A DNA stretch of 58,457 bases, counting the filler, from Sphacelaria rigidula (lineage: Eukaryota), in assembly GCA_964200075.2 (NCBI GenBank). It is 4 parts of 4 records of this genome, joined end to end, with 100 filler letters (N's around TTAATTAATTAA, not from the genome) between each part and the next. Parts side by side here need not be neighbours in the genome. Positions count along the whole stretch, not along the records: positions 29,281 to 43,819 come from CAXNAA020002194.1; positions 43,920 to 58,457 come from CAXNAA020002195.1; 2 more parts are not named here. The stretch is one strand, 5' to 3'. Under the pieces are notes generated by a model. That model ran no database searches and had not been told where the DNA came from. It worked only from the letters and a program-made list of their open reading frames with translations. Both the position numbers and the translations under genes were made by a program. Position 1 is the stretch's first letter; every line of letters starts with the position of its first letter. Shown one piece after another: positions 37,745-51,269 of the stretch.

Positions 37745-38967
37745 ATGAGCCGCTCGCATGTCAGCAACACCACTCTCTCTCTGGGCTCGACGGGAGCGCC
37801 CGCCACACCACAGGGCAAGAAGATGGGTAAGTGGAAAGGGAGTCACCTCTACTTCGTCAATCGCAAATCGTTGTTTGGAATTAACCGCACAGGTATCGCG
37901 GGGGGCAACGCAGGCGTTTGTGTCAATCGTAACCGCACGTGTAGCTGTTGATTTCGAATGCTTTGCGTGTAACCTGCATGTTAGGAGGGACGAGGGGTGT
38001 ATGGTGGTGCTTGCGCTCCATCTATGTTCGAAACGAATCTGGGACAGGATTCGCACCGTATTGTTTCTGTAATCGAAATCGTACAGTCGAAAAAATAAAG
38101 TGCCCGACATGAGTACAGGCAAGATGCGACTGGGCTTGTGCGTTTTCCTCTCTAAAATAAGGTATATTGCGAAAATATTTGCCTCCAAGTGGAGATTCAG
38201 AACTTCCGTGAGGACTGCACACTGCCCCCTACTGGGGTGCGCAGAACTTGAACCACCACGCCCACCCGCGTTCGGATCGTGGTAGACGAGTCCCTAGCTC
38301 TAACGCCTCCCCTGTCCGTGGACTCGTATACAACTGGTTGTTGTTCTCTACCTACGCTCTCTGCCGTAAACCTGCTTCATCTCTAGTGTGGAACCGACGT
38401 AAGCAAGAATGGATGGAGGTCGAAGCTGGCGGGGAGCCCGCTGCCGTCTCCCCGACGGCGAACTTGCTGTCGTCCAACGCGTACGCTTCAGGTGTGGACC
38501 AAAACTCGGGTAACTTCTTGACGGAGAAGCCCATTACCCGAGTCCACGCTCCGCCGGGAGGGCGCTCGACGATCAGCTTCGGAGACGACAGTGCCACCCA
38601 TACCACACCCGCCAAGAAGCCCTCCGCTTCCCCTATCGCCGCGGCAGCCTCGGTAGCAACGCCAACCCAGCCCACCACCCCTGAGTCGCAAGAGGAGACC
38701 AATGGACCGGCCCCGATACCCATGATGGAGCTACCACCGGCGCCAACTGTTGAGGGGGGAGAGGAGGAGGACAAGGAGAAGGGGGCAGAGGGAGTGCAAC
38801 CTCCGGGGGTGCCTGAAGCTGCAGCGGCGGCGGAGGCTGTACCCGGTGTTTCAGCCAACGCGTACGCGAGCGGAAGTAACCAAAACTCAGGTAATTTCAT
38901 GACAGGAAGGCCCACTACGCGCGTCCGTGCTCCTCCCGGCGGGGCTAGCTCCATTACTTTCGGATAA
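37745..38967 (+). CDS. SPIRAL1-like / Jupiter(HN1)-motif putative microtubule-associated protein, 2 exons, ~220 aa
   Basis: Exon 1 is 37745-37826 (MSRSHV...GKKM, donor G|gtaagt). Exon 2 is 38387-38967 (acceptor cttcatctctag|), in frame. It holds two copies of S.NAYASG..QNSGNF.T..P.TRV.APPGG.S.I.FG, matching the SPIRAL1 C-terminal signature, separated by a Pro/Ala/Glu-rich linker. Confidence 0.82.
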
Positions 38968-41819
38968 TGGATGCATATGGCTGAGTCGTCATCGCTTCCA
39001 CGGATGATGGATGTACCCGTCGCTCATGTTCTTCGGTGATGGGCTGCTGCTACATGGCGGATGGAATGGTGGGTGTGGAAAGAGGCTTTCCGGAGGGAAA
39101 AAGGTCAACCGTTTTTCGTGGGTGATGAAGACGAATGTGAGGGATTGTATCACTTCGAAGAACAGAAGCGAGCGCGAATGTCTGTCAACTTGAATTGCTG
39201 AATAGATGGTTGCAGAACGTAAGGCGGGGGGCGGCTGTTACGATGATGACGAGAGAAGGGGAGTAAGCAGCGATGTTGTCTCCCTGCCGAGCTGGAGATG
39301 GATGATAACGGTGAAAACTGTTCTGAAATTCAAACGCAGAATTATTATGCTTCGTCGCGCGCCGGTGCTGCACGTTGCTCAGTGGTCTCGGGGGGTAATT
39401 TTCCGCAACAATGGGGAGGAAACAAATGATGGAAAGCTGTGAGGGATGTTCGCCCTGTCTCTTCGTTTACTGTATTTTTCATCCCTTGCCAGTATACTAC
39501 CGTTGCACTAAATGTATGAGGGGAAGGGAAAAGTTCAATCACTCTCAGCGCGTTGGAAGATTTGCTTTTTTCATGGACTTTTGTGCCTGGAATGCGGTTC
39601 AGACTTGGATGTGTAGCAGGGTGCCAGGGTGCATTTTGTCCCTTTTCCGTGCTGATGGTAGCGAAAGGAGGTGAAGGAAACCAAGGGAGGAATCGCAAAG
39701 GTTTGGGGAAGAACGCGTCGTTTATTGCAAACGGCGTCTCACCCGTCCCAAGGGGCCAACGATAAGGGGGAGGGGGGTAACATCGATTTTATGGCGAACG
39801 CCGCTCAGGCTTGCTGCTGGCATGGGCGACTGGTGCTCACCACCGATTTGCAGGATATGGACGGGTGGGTCTTCGAACCGGAGCAGTATTTTCTTTCAAA
39901 TGTGTTGACGCAGAGGCTCGGGGGGATGGATCTAGGAGCGGGTGATAGGGGTGACGTTGAGCTCTGCGTTTTTCAGGAGGTTTGCGCAACACTGCATCAT
40001 GTTGGAGGAAGAATTGTAGTTTATTCGCTCAAACGCGCAGCAAAAGCACATGCCTCTGCTTCCAAGTTTTGGTTTGGTTATTCCGTTTCCTCCGCGACGG
40101 TTGACGTGTTGCTGTTGCTCCTCTTTTTTATTCTTTTTTTTTCTTCACCGTGTGCGTCTCTCCACATTTCTCGTGTGTCTTTTGCGTAGTTTGTTGGCCT
40201 GGAAATTCCTGAGCTCGTAGTATTCAGTAGAATGACTGCGAGCATGACATACTGGGCACAGTATGATGTGATTTAGTATCATGACCCGCCGCTTCCTGCT
40301 CCCACCGCCGCGGCAACCTAGGGTGCAAGTAGCGCGTTTTTGGCGTACATTTGAAATGTAAAGGTACGTGAGGGTAGTCGATAACCAGATATTTTCTTTG
40401 TGGGGAGGGGGAGGAGGAGGGCGGTGTCGACTGCGAGCGCAGAACGTAAGTGTTCCGGGCGTTTTTGTTTTTCGCCGTGTTTTAACCACTCGCTCCAGCA
40501 TCGACATTTCGCTTGCTGGCGGTACGTTGCTAGGAGCGGGGATGGTTGTGCTTTTAATCCCGATATACTGCAACATTTCGCGCTTCACTTCCCTCTCTTC
40601 CAGGCTGTTTATTTCTCTCGGTGGACGGGGTCGCTAGGCGGGTGTGGGCGGGGGGAGTAGCGCATAGGGGAGCCGATCCTTGATAATTTTTTTGCGTGTT
40701 GGTTCGACGGGTTGGTGATTGTTGTATTTTCGTTGTTTCTTGGTCAATGTTCCCATGTTCAAAACGCGCGTGGAACGTGCCAGCGAGAGCTGAGCACCGA
40801 CCTCTCAAGCATCATAGATTAGTCCGAAATTCGACGTGTCAAGCAAAGACCAGACATTGGCTGAGGGGGGCAAGTCGCAACCGGTGTGCCTTTAGTATCC
40901 TGCGGCTTTAGTATAGGCACATATCATTTGGCGATATTTTTTCACCTTTTTCGTATCTCCGCGTGGGTAGCTTCCGAGGCAGTTGGCTCAAGGGATTGAG
41001 GATGGGTAGGTTGGAGTGCGTTCGTGTTTCGAACGCAGCGGGCGAACAGCCCCAGTGTGGCGTGTGTGTCCCGTGTGTGACTTGTGTGGGTCGAACAAAA
41101 CCGAAAGAGAAGAAGAAAAAAAATGATGAGTTCACATTCCCTCTCAAGATTCGAGCTTTGTTTGTGGAGACAAACGATACCGATATCTTGTTTCGCTTCG
41201 GTGCGTCAAGAGTACCGGAGGGCCCATTTGGCCTTTTACCCCTCGCTCGTCCGGGTAGAGGATGAAGCGAGCTCGGGTGAGCGGCGTGTGTGCCAAGGAT
41301 ACACCATGCTTTTTGGGGCACCAAATGAGGACTTGCCTTCTGTCGACCAGACAGTATTGATCCGTTTGGGTGCGACGATCTGATGGCAACGCCGCTCGTT
41401 TCTCTTGCGTTGTCCCGTGCTGTGTTTACAGGGGCTCGTGCACGCATTTGTCGTTGTCTTCTCCGGACGATCTAGAATATATGACCTATCCTGATTCATC
41501 ACTTCGCACAACACCGGACCGTCTCGGCCTTCATGGGAAACACGCTCGATCGGTTCTCGGAAATATTAGATATTACAGGCTAGTCCAGCCTAGCAACGTG
41601 TTCGAGCTCTCAAGGCAAAATTTCGATATTTCATCGACACAGACGAGTTGGATCGTGATCCGCATATCGTGTTGATCGTCTAATCAAGGGGAAGGTGCCC
41701 ATCTGCTCGAAAAACTTGGCCATTTTTTTTAATTATTGAACCCCATGTCTAGTAACTCCTACACAAGACGGAGATAGCGTCCATACTAGAGTCTATCTGA
41801 AACCCGAACGAAGTAAACA

Positions 41820-43070
41820 GCGGATGATGACGATTTTTGGTGTGGACATTTCCTGGAGCACGCGAAACGATAGATACCCTTACCTTCACCTAATTCATCA
41901 TTTATGTCGGGATACGGTGGTCAAAATGTTGCATCCTAAAATCAAAATGTTCCGAGCATGGGCACATGATGCACGAATTGTGAACATCGCATCTCAATTT
42001 TCTAGAGTTGTGCTTTGAAATTTTGTCTGGAGAATCGCTAGCGCATGATCTAACTGAAAGAACAGCTTTCTCCATCTATTTTTTTCTTCTTTTTTATAGG
42101 GGAGTTTTGAGGGAAAATGAACATTGCTGTTGGACCTCACCTCAGGTTTTTAGCGCAATTTTTGGAATTGTGATTTGAAACTGCGAAGAATCGCGAAGGC
42201 ATGCTGAATTTCAAGAAGAAAAGTTTTTTTTTGCAGTGGTTCAGGCGTTCTCGTGAAGAAATGGTCGTTACCATACTAAAACGTCCTCAACCAGTCAAGA
42301 AATAAGAGCAATGAATGACCCTGAAAAGGGTATACCTTCTCGTGCTTTACCTGAGAAGGGTACAAAAATGATCAGGAACGCGAAAACAGCGAAACACACG
42401 ATCTAGACCGAGTTCGCACCGAATTTCCTGGGCACAGCAATCGCGGGGCTCCTCGGCATCTGGGCCTAAAAAAAAACAGGAAAAAAGATGTTACTCACGA
42501 GACATGAGCATGCATGATCAGAAGGACGTTGTGCCAGATTTCGGCCAGGCATACCTGATTTACGAATTCTTCGTCAATCGTACCTTATTTGGACCACCAG
42601 TCGGCCTAGAAAGTACCTATCCTGGGCCGACACTTTCTACGATAGCCCCCCCTCCCAGAAAAAGCGCATGGTTTTGGGGAGCAAAATCTTCACGTAAATC
42701 GAAATGGGGAAAGCCGAGCATAACGAGCACCTGGGAATTCCCACGCTTGGGTTCGTTCTCCCATCAATTTTCGGGGTGGCCCTCGACACTTGGTGTGGAC
42801 GATGAAAAATAGGGCATAACTGTGAAAAAATTATTCATCGACCCAAATATTATTTTCATGAGTTCGAGGCCATAATCACGTTTCAGGTCTCCGCAACATG
42901 CCGTTAAATAATGAAAAAAAATCCTTGGGTCGATATATGTATAAAAATATATATTCACCTATACCCTCTTAATTGTCCATACCAAATTTCAGGCGCCAAC
43001 TCTAAAAATTGATGGGAGAATGGGCCTGCAAACTACAAATCCGCGTCCGCTTCTAGGCTGGCACAGCTCG
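41820..43070. mobile_element. Diverged copy of the 28170-29180 repeat family (inverted), with internal insertions
   Basis: For example 41830-41895 is the reverse complement of ~29065-29135; 42970-43070 matches the other end. Confidence 0.6.
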
Positions 43071-43599
43071 CAACCAATCACAATTTTTTACAGCGTCACC
43101 CACACATTATGTTTCATTGGTCTTCGAGATACGTACACAACTGACAGCAAGGACACCCGTCTTACTTTTCTTCAATGAAAAATAGTGAAGCAAGCAAGTC
43201 ACTCCCACCCCGGTACAGTAGCGGTCATTCCAGCCTCGATGCGCGTCATATCTATGCATGCTCGGCCAGCAAAAACGAGCGGATCACAAAACACCGCGTT
43301 TTGAAGCTCGTTGTGCGGTAGACTACATACACGATACACGCCCACCTCTCTCTAGCACTGCGTATCATCAGATATCAGTGTTTGTTCATCAAATCCTCGA
43401 TGAAACACACGATGGATGTAACCAACCTCTCATCATATGGTCATGATACTGTACTGCACCGTTCTTCAAATAATTATGATCCATCGTCACGAATGCCTTC
43501 TCAACGCCAACAACGAAAGAAAACTGCAGCATCACATCTTCAAGGCGGGTCAACACGGCCAAAGTGTTGTTCGACTGTGGTTTGCTTGCGACTAATGCT

Positions 43600-43819
43600 G
43601 ACATGCCCCCCCCATGAAGAGTGAGTGCACCGGAGACGGTCCGACAAGCCGGCTGCGACCCGACTATTGAGCTCGTCTGCAGCAATTTCGTCCATATGAG
43701 AGGCGTGCAGCAGTCCGAAATCAGCTATAACGCCGAGATGAGTCGCATCGTGCAGCACGAAACCAGCTCTAACGACATTCATGATCATCGCCTCCGTGCA
43801 CTTTTTTGGCCGGTTCGGG
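43600..43819. mobile_element. Interspersed repeat fragment (probable LINE 3' region), also at 55570-55770
   Basis: gtgcac.ggagac.gtccgacaa.ccggctgcga...cagtccgaaatcagctata...cacgaaaccagctctaacg...cgcctccgtgcac is shared by both sites. Confidence 0.65.
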
Positions 43820-43919
43820 NNNNNNNNNNNNNNNNNNNNNNNNNNNNNNNNNNNNNNNNNNNNTTAATTAATTAANNNNNNNNNNNNNNNNNNNNNNNNN
43901 NNNNNNNNNNNNNNNNNNN
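43820..43919. other. Artificial contig spacer
   Basis: Ns + TTAATTAATTAA. Confidence 0.95.
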
Positions 43920-44692
43920 CATACTAAAACCAATATGTTACGAGCAGAGGCACGAGATGCCCTAAATCTGGATATCGCGTCTCAGTTTTTGAGAGTTGTT
44001 CCATGAAATTTCGTGTGGTGAACCGCTAGTGCATACAAATAAAAAAATAAAAAGAGCTTCCTACCTTTTTCATTTTTTTCATTTTTTTTCGTGTTTTCAG
44101 TGGAGTTTTCAGCAGAAATGAAACGTTGCTCTTAGGCCTTATCTCAATGTTTAGCTCGGTTTTTAGAATTGTGATTTGAAAGTTAGCATGGAGAGCAACA
44201 AAAGTATGCCGAATAAAAAAGTAAAAATGGGCCTTCATATATATTTTTTCATAGAGGTTAGGGCGTTCTCGTGAAAAAATGGTCTTTACCGTACTGGAAC
44301 GCCCTAAACCAGTCAAAAAAATAATTGAAGAAACTTGACCCGCTGAGTGTTGTTAATTATGCGTTAGAGAACGCCCACACAAAATTTTAATACACGAAAA
44401 CCAAACAGTGGCCGGTGAGTGGCCTTCGAAATACTGTTCCGAAATTCTACCGATCCGGTTCTTAGAAGGCCCATGCTCACGTCAATATTCAGAGTTGGAG
44501 CGTAAAATTTGGTATGGGCAAATGCATAGGGAGTGAAGAAAAATATTACGTCGGTACCAACAGGTTTTCCCCTTTTTTTCATGGGTTAAGGGTAATAATC
44601 AGTTTCCAGTTTTACGCTCCAACTCTAAATATTGGGCTGAGCATTGGCCTGCGAACTTGAAATCCGCCTCCAGGCTGGCCCAGCTCGTATGG
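43920..44692. mobile_element. Copy of the 28170-29180 repeat family (reverse orientation)
   Basis: Extended reverse-complement match (ctaaatctgga.atcgcgtctcagtttttgagagttgttccat; cgctccaactcta...cagctcgtat). Confidence 0.75.
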
Positions 44693-45684
44693 TCCTACAT
44701 TTTGAACAGTATTGAGTCAAGGCAAGCTTGGCGTATCGGTGTAACTCTTCGGGCAGTCAGGCAATGTTATCCAGTTTCAGCCATTCAGGTTGAGAATCCG
44801 CCTGGTTGGTGTCGTGATGCTGCGTCCCGGTTTTGGCGATGTCGCGTTATCGAATTTTTGTGCTGTGCTAAAAATTCTCTTAAAGAATTGACCACTCAGA
44901 ATTTGATCAAACGTCTCAGCATGTCGATCCCGAGGCGAGCTAAAAACGGTGAAGATCGTGTTCTATGATTAATCGCCGTTCGAACGTTTTTGACAATACT
45001 CTGGATTCCCTACATTGAATGTAAGCTTGTATGCGGAGGGATTTCGGAACAACATCTGAAAAGATGACACGTGATTGGCAAGTTACACGCCGACCAGTTT
45101 TTTTCTTCGGTCGAGATACGGTACGATCGACCAAGATAACACCTAATTCGACTGGTCGGTCGTATCTCGATAGAATGATAGAAACAACACTCAGGGCTTC
45201 AGGGCATGAGTCGGCGAGTACCTTACGAATTTCGTGTCAAATTTTCAGGTCCCCAGTTCAAAAGGCTGGCTCCGCGTGGCGATATTAGCCAATCGCCGAG
45301 TTCTTACACGGCTTCTACACTTACGTGGTCGAGTCTCGTGCGTGTTTGATTCGCTTGATCCATTTGGAAGTGGATACTACAACTTCTACCTACTTTCCGT
45401 TTGTCTTTCCAAGATCAATTTCTTCCTTCGAAAAAAAGCTCCGTGAAACGTCCCACTTGGCGCCTCTCCGACGATTTTCGCCTAAAAAGGACTTGGCGGA
45501 TCGTGTCACGAGGTGAAGACTACCTACATTTTCCGAAAGAATCCCGGCTTACTTTGAGGAAGAATTGCTGGTCCAGCGGTGCATCCCCCAGTACACGCGC
45601 ACATCAGTGTGTGTGGTTGCCCAAACCAAGAGTCAGAAACTACATCCCGGGGCTGAAACGCAACAAAAAACACGAGCATTTGCC

Positions 45685-46055
45685 GGTCGCCCCAATGGCT
45701 CAGTTGGTAACCTCGAAACCTTCTGACGGTTGCGTCGTGGGTTCAATTCTCGGAGCGATCTGGGCCCTCCTCCCACACAATGCCCAACAGTGGAGAGCGA
45801 CTATGTCGTGGGTACACATAATTCTACTTAACGGTCGGCGAGGGAAAGGGACGGCTTAACCCCTCTCGCGATAAAAAATAATGGCAAGCACCGCAGAAGG
45901 AAGGCAGGGTACTGAAAACAAATAAAATAATAAAAACTCCTGTGTTGACCTTCCTTCTGTGTGTTAGGGTTAGGGTTAGAGTTAGGGTTACGGTGCGCCC
46001 ACATATAGCGAAAGGTGTCGACCGGCGCCCAGAATAGATGGGACGACAACACACA
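45685..46055 (+). mobile_element. tRNA-derived SINE with Pol III A/B boxes and CA tail
   Basis: A box TGGCTCAGTTGG (45696-45707) and B box GGTTCAATTC (~45740). tRNA-like acceptor pairing ggtcgc/gcgatc. The 3' body matches 19165-19280 and ends in acaacacaca. Confidence 0.75.
45963..45990 (+). repeat. Short interstitial telomere-type (TTAGGG)n tract
   Basis: ttaggg ttaggg ttagag ttaggg tta. Confidence 0.8.
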
Positions 46056-47829
46056 TTTACCCCCCTCCTCATGAGTATAAAATATGTTCTGATATATCCA
46101 TATATATATAACCGTATTACTGTTCTCAAATGTCAAGCGGCCTACTTGTCGTACCCGGCGAGGCCATCGCCGATACCGGGCGGAGCGGCGGGTGACCTCG
46201 AGACTCTCTGCAGGTAGTTGTGGCTGTTGTGTTAATCTTGGATCGATGTTGTCCACCATGCCGAACGCGGCGTATTTAAGATAGGGTCGCGATGCAGAGA
46301 TGAGCACAGCCAAAAGTGCTGCTGACAATTGTTGGACACGCAGGTCGCGTCTGGATTCTTGTTGCCGTCGTTGCTCTCAACACCCGTCCTCCACAGCGTG
46401 CTGGTGCACTACTGCTTCTCCTCGTTCCTTGTGTTTTTGTGGTGATTCTGCACGGATTGACTGGGGGGGCGTGGGTCCTGTCATCACCGCTGCGGTGCGG
46501 AGCATTGGCGACCGACTTGTGTGCATGTAGCTAGGGCAAAACGACCGCTTGCATGTCGAGGACCCCGATGTTCATTGCCTCTATTTGGTTCTACTCGTAC
46601 ATCATTATTTACCCATTTGATATTGATCGTAGATCGCGGACCCCGCGTGTTATCACATGGGTTTTTCTCCTCGGCGTTTGGAGATGACTGCCACATCTCC
46701 TCTTGATATAGGGATGAATGACATGGTGATGATGCAGTGATAACGTGAGGATCTTCGTCCTAAACCAGTCAGGGGCACCTTTCCATGCACAACCACAGCT
46801 TTTGGCGGCACGGTGAAGCGTGCTGAGCAAGCGACCGCTGATCAATCGTAGTGTGTGTTTCCTGGGGTCACGCCTCGTGCTGCCTTTTTCAGCTACACGG
46901 CGCGTACACGCAGGTCCCGCTATTTCCAGTGTGTATTACGGAGCCTGTGAGGGGCCATCGTGACCACTGCACGAGAAGTCCAAGCTCTACCATACTTTGC
47001 TCAGTCGTAAACACACTTAATCTCTGAGTTTCTGACTGTGCGTGAAGACTCCTCCAGGGTTTTGGTTCGTACCAGATATCGCTAGTCCAGCCAACAGTCA
47101 AGCTGGAAGTACGAACGATCTCGAACGTGTGCTGGAATCCCCTGGGAGAGCACAGGGAGTCCTTCTCAGGTGGCACAATCCGCCAAGCCCTCTTTCGGGG
47201 CTGAAAATCGGCCCCGAACCGTCACAACCAGCGTTTTACACAGATAATAATTTCATACACTAAGATGGGGCCCAGAGAAGAAGTCCCAGACCATTATTCA
47301 TGACACGGAGTCTAAAGTTGAACAAATCTGATGATTTTAGCCTCCTCAAGTGAGTATCACTCGCAGCATGAGCTTCCCGACTCTAGCCCTTCGGGCTACA
47401 TTTCTCGGCTGGCTTTTGGGGGATCTGATCGCTTCTTCGATCCTCTGGTCGTTAATGCTTGGTATATATATATATACATATACATATCTTGTTGCTCAAG
47501 TCTGCACAAGTCCGACGAAACTGTGTGCACAATATTAGACATGGGCCGCAAAAATCGTTTTTCTACGCAGAAACTCGAACGTATGCAGACTTGAGCACCA
47601 GAAAATCGGAGAATTGATATGTTTCCCTCACAGCTAGACGATAAACATTGCCCACACGAGTGAGGCCAGAAGCTTGATCGATGTGCTGAACTCGCCGTCA
47701 GAGAAGCTGAAGTCTTTTGTATTAATGCAGGGTTGTGGCCACAAACGTTGGTCTTGGACCGCTTCTCGGCGCTACTGTATGTTTTCAACAACAGAACATA
47801 CGTCTCAAGGAAAAGCCCCCAAAACGTCT

Positions 47830-47895
47830 GGTGAGAATCAAAACCGCAATTTTTTGCCCTAATGGCTCTCAGTTGCACCACTAGACCACCGGGGC
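47830..47895 (-). mobile_element. Degenerate tRNA-like (SINE) head
   Basis: Minus strand gccccggTGGTCTAGTGG...gcGGTTTTGATTCtc gives A and B boxes at tRNA-like spacing. Confidence 0.45.
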
Positions 47896-50800
47896 GCGGC
47901 GATAAAAAAAGTGAAATCCCGTCACCATTCGTGAGGGATAAAGTATCATTTTCACGTACACAAGCTTCCGGTTTTGAATACGGCAAGCTGTTGCGTCGTT
48001 TGTTTTACGCTGATGTGTCGCGGCGGGTGAAGCGGTTTCTCACAAAAACGCAACACGGTCGACAACTCGATTTCCGCCTACACCACCCTGTAGGTAACAA
48101 CTCCAACTCACCGTAATTCCGGGGAATCATTCCAAGTGAGAGTTTTGGATTGGTGGTTAACGCTTTGAAGCATCGCCAGAGGGCGGGCATTCAGGTTCGC
48201 GAGCGTAATACTCATTCTTGCGATTGGTAAGTAACCCTTCGGAAATCTCCCATCAACCTGTTTAACGAATGGACGGCATCATCACACTTGATTGATACAA
48301 GAACGACGTGTTGCATTCATAAACATCATGACATTATAGTGACTGGTCACTCTGTTCTGACGCATCTGCAACAGGGCACGTTCTGATCCACAGTATTGCA
48401 CGAAAGGGATGTACATCAACTGTCATGATGCGCTGATGCTTGGGCGGGTGCGATCGCGCTCGCCACGTCGGTTCTCAACGCGCGCACGCTATTCGCTGCG
48501 CAAACTAAGTGACACACAGCGCGTGTATCGACCCATCGTGAATTATACATTGAAATAACTTGATGTTATTTCATCTCTTTACTTATGGGAGTTATGCCTG
48601 AACTCCTCTAAGAAGCCGTTACGTTTCCAGCTGCTGGAGCAGAAGAAAAGCCATCAACTTAACCACTGCGCGAATTTGAAACTGCCCTGTGCTCTGCGTC
48701 CCCCCAATCTTGAGCTAGTGAAATCCACGAGTATTTTTATGCTCCTGCAAAGCTATATCTCGCTGGGCGAACAATATCAAGACGTGTGAAAATTCAACAT
48801 CTTCAACCCGCAGGATCCCCAGAAACTCCATTGCTGGTTTGCCCTTCCTCTCAGAGGTGCAAGCGTTTAATCGTAGTTCGCGCGTGCAACATTCCGTCTG
48901 CTCGAGACATCCTACGCCAGAGTTTCCGTAATAATGTCCACACGTGTGGATGTTGCCATTGCCCCGGGCATGAATTATTAATTGCCATTTTCGGGGAGGG
49001 TATGAAGACAGCCTGCACACCGCATAACACGTTCCTTCATCCACGAATCTAGCTGCAAAATTGAAACCCCACCGGTGATTTTACAGCCGATCTCGGTCTC
49101 TTGCAGTATTTTCGCGAATCTGCCCTTCCCTTAAAACCCAACCGTGTTAAGATTTGTTGTTGTCAACAACTTCCAAAGTATTTATGTTGGAAATATATTT
49201 TGCGTGCAAAATGACATTGTAAGCTCCACTTGCATGCTTCGAAGTGCACGAAAACACAAAATGGCGTTGAGTTTAGTTGAACAAACCCTCAAGACAAGCC
49301 TGTGTTGGAATGGGGATAAATATGGGCTACTGTAGTGGTCAACACCGCAGCGGAGAAAAGGCGTCTACGTATGTCCTCGTGCCACCTATACGCGGGTCTC
49401 CTACAGACTGTAATAATGGGTACTCGAAACATACCGTACGTTCTCCTCGCGTGTATCGTAGCACCTCATGATCCGTACACATGTAATTCTCAGAAGTGAG
49501 GGCATCATCGCAGCAAACTGACTCCCTTCTGCTCTCGTGAAATGCCCAGGACGGAGGTGGCTGGATCTCGGTGGCTGGCTGGGCAGAAAAGGCACCGCCA
49601 ATATAAGAAGTGTTCAACCGTTCACATGGTGAGCTAATGTGTATTATGGTAAAGTACCTCTGTGTGCATTAGTCGATGATGCGCAATGTACACAGCGTTT
49701 CACCTGAATAAGGCCGTAACATCCAACACTTGTCACTGGTAAAATAGGTTTGGCGCCAAAAAATGCGTCGCATACTTGGCACAAATACTGTGGGATCGGG
49801 CTACGTCTTCAGCGTAGATGTTGCGTTCACTTCGACTGCAGTCCTTGCAGACCAGCGTCGAGAGCTCAACAGCAGAACAAGGGGTGTCTCTATTTTGACA
49901 ACACGACAAGTGAAATGATCAAAAAAGAGAAAGTGACACGCAGTATTCCGATCCGAAGAAGGAAACCCGTGACATGTGATTGGCTGATATCCCTTGGCCG
50001 ACGGCTGACGTTGTCCACGGTCCCTTGGAGCGGATGAACGTTTTGACATGGATGACGTTAGCCGTCTGCCAAGTAATATTGGTCAAACAGATTTGATGAG
50101 CTGCTTATCTTGACCAGTCAGAAAATGCGTCTCATCTCACTTTATTTCTACAGCGGGCCTTTCATGTTTAAATTTATTCTCGGCGTTTGAGCTGTGAGTT
50201 CGTTAAACCTTTTCAACGGAATTTTTGCTTCTATTGGACCTGTCGGTGGCGAGCCTTTGTTTGTTTCGTTAGTCATGGATGCATTAGTTAATGGATATTT
50301 CATCGGTGAGTATCCAGCATCAATGAATGAGCTCTTGATTGATGCGACCCATCATAAAGCGATAGAGCAGCTGACTAGTTGGACGTCCCTCTGTACGCCG
50401 CCGCCTGCCCGGGATTCGACACCCGACGACTTTCGAGAAGCTTTGAGCGGTTCCGGTTTGCTTCTGTTATGCCGAATATCAAATCGACGATGCACAGTAT
50501 GTTTTTCAATGTATCGCCGATAAAGCACGAGATATATGCTTGCAGGAGCGCAACGACGAGGCCACCCTGTTACTATTCCGCTGTCGTTGGTAATGCTATC
50601 GGCATTTCACCGAAATGTATATATTGCTCATTGAAACCTGGGGATACGAGATTTGACGGCAGCGATCAAGCACTGTCGACGCCAAGGATGAACCCAGATG
50701 CCCCTGAAGTAGACCATTGCTTGGTCGGACAACATGACGTTTGGTCGCATACATATACTATATCCCGATGACGTTTCCCCTGTTCAGCTATAACCATGAG

Positions 50801-51269
50801 AACTCGACAATGTCCGCTTTCGTGAAGGCTGCCCAGGAAACCGGATGTCACGAGATCCTCAGCCACATTCTTCCTCCACGTCACGGTTGGTGTCTCAACA
50901 CAAGCAGAATTGCCGTCATGAGCACGGTCTCACAAACGCCATACTTCCACAACTCACCCCAATATTTCCACTTTTAATTGGAGCGCATGATTTTGTCTCT
51001 AGGGTGCCCCCGATCTACCGTACAAGATGGTGACGTAGCATGACACCAGCGGTGATGTTCCGGCAACGCACGACTCTTCCCGAACGATGGCGGTTTCAGA
51101 AGATTTCTGATGAGATGTCGTTCGACGTAGGTTTGGGCATCGCAGTCACCCGAGGTTGTTGGGCAAATGGGAGGTTTAAGAGCGTGCCTTGGGCAGGAGG
51201 GAGAGCGGTTGACCCACTGTACAATTTTTCACCCTGACGCAGTGCAAATATTATCACACACGCTTACAG

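Noticed and set aside
38352..38954. 200-aa minus-strand ORF
   Set aside because: Antisense shadow of the GC-rich SPIRAL1-like exon.
28170..44692. Apparent 16-kb element bounded by long inverted repeats enclosing the SPIRAL1-like gene
   Set aside because: The two repeats are on different contigs separated by artificial spacers.
45685..45760. tRNA gene
   Set aside because: The anticodon arm is poor and the sequence continues into a repeated body with a CA tail, so it is better explained as a SINE head.
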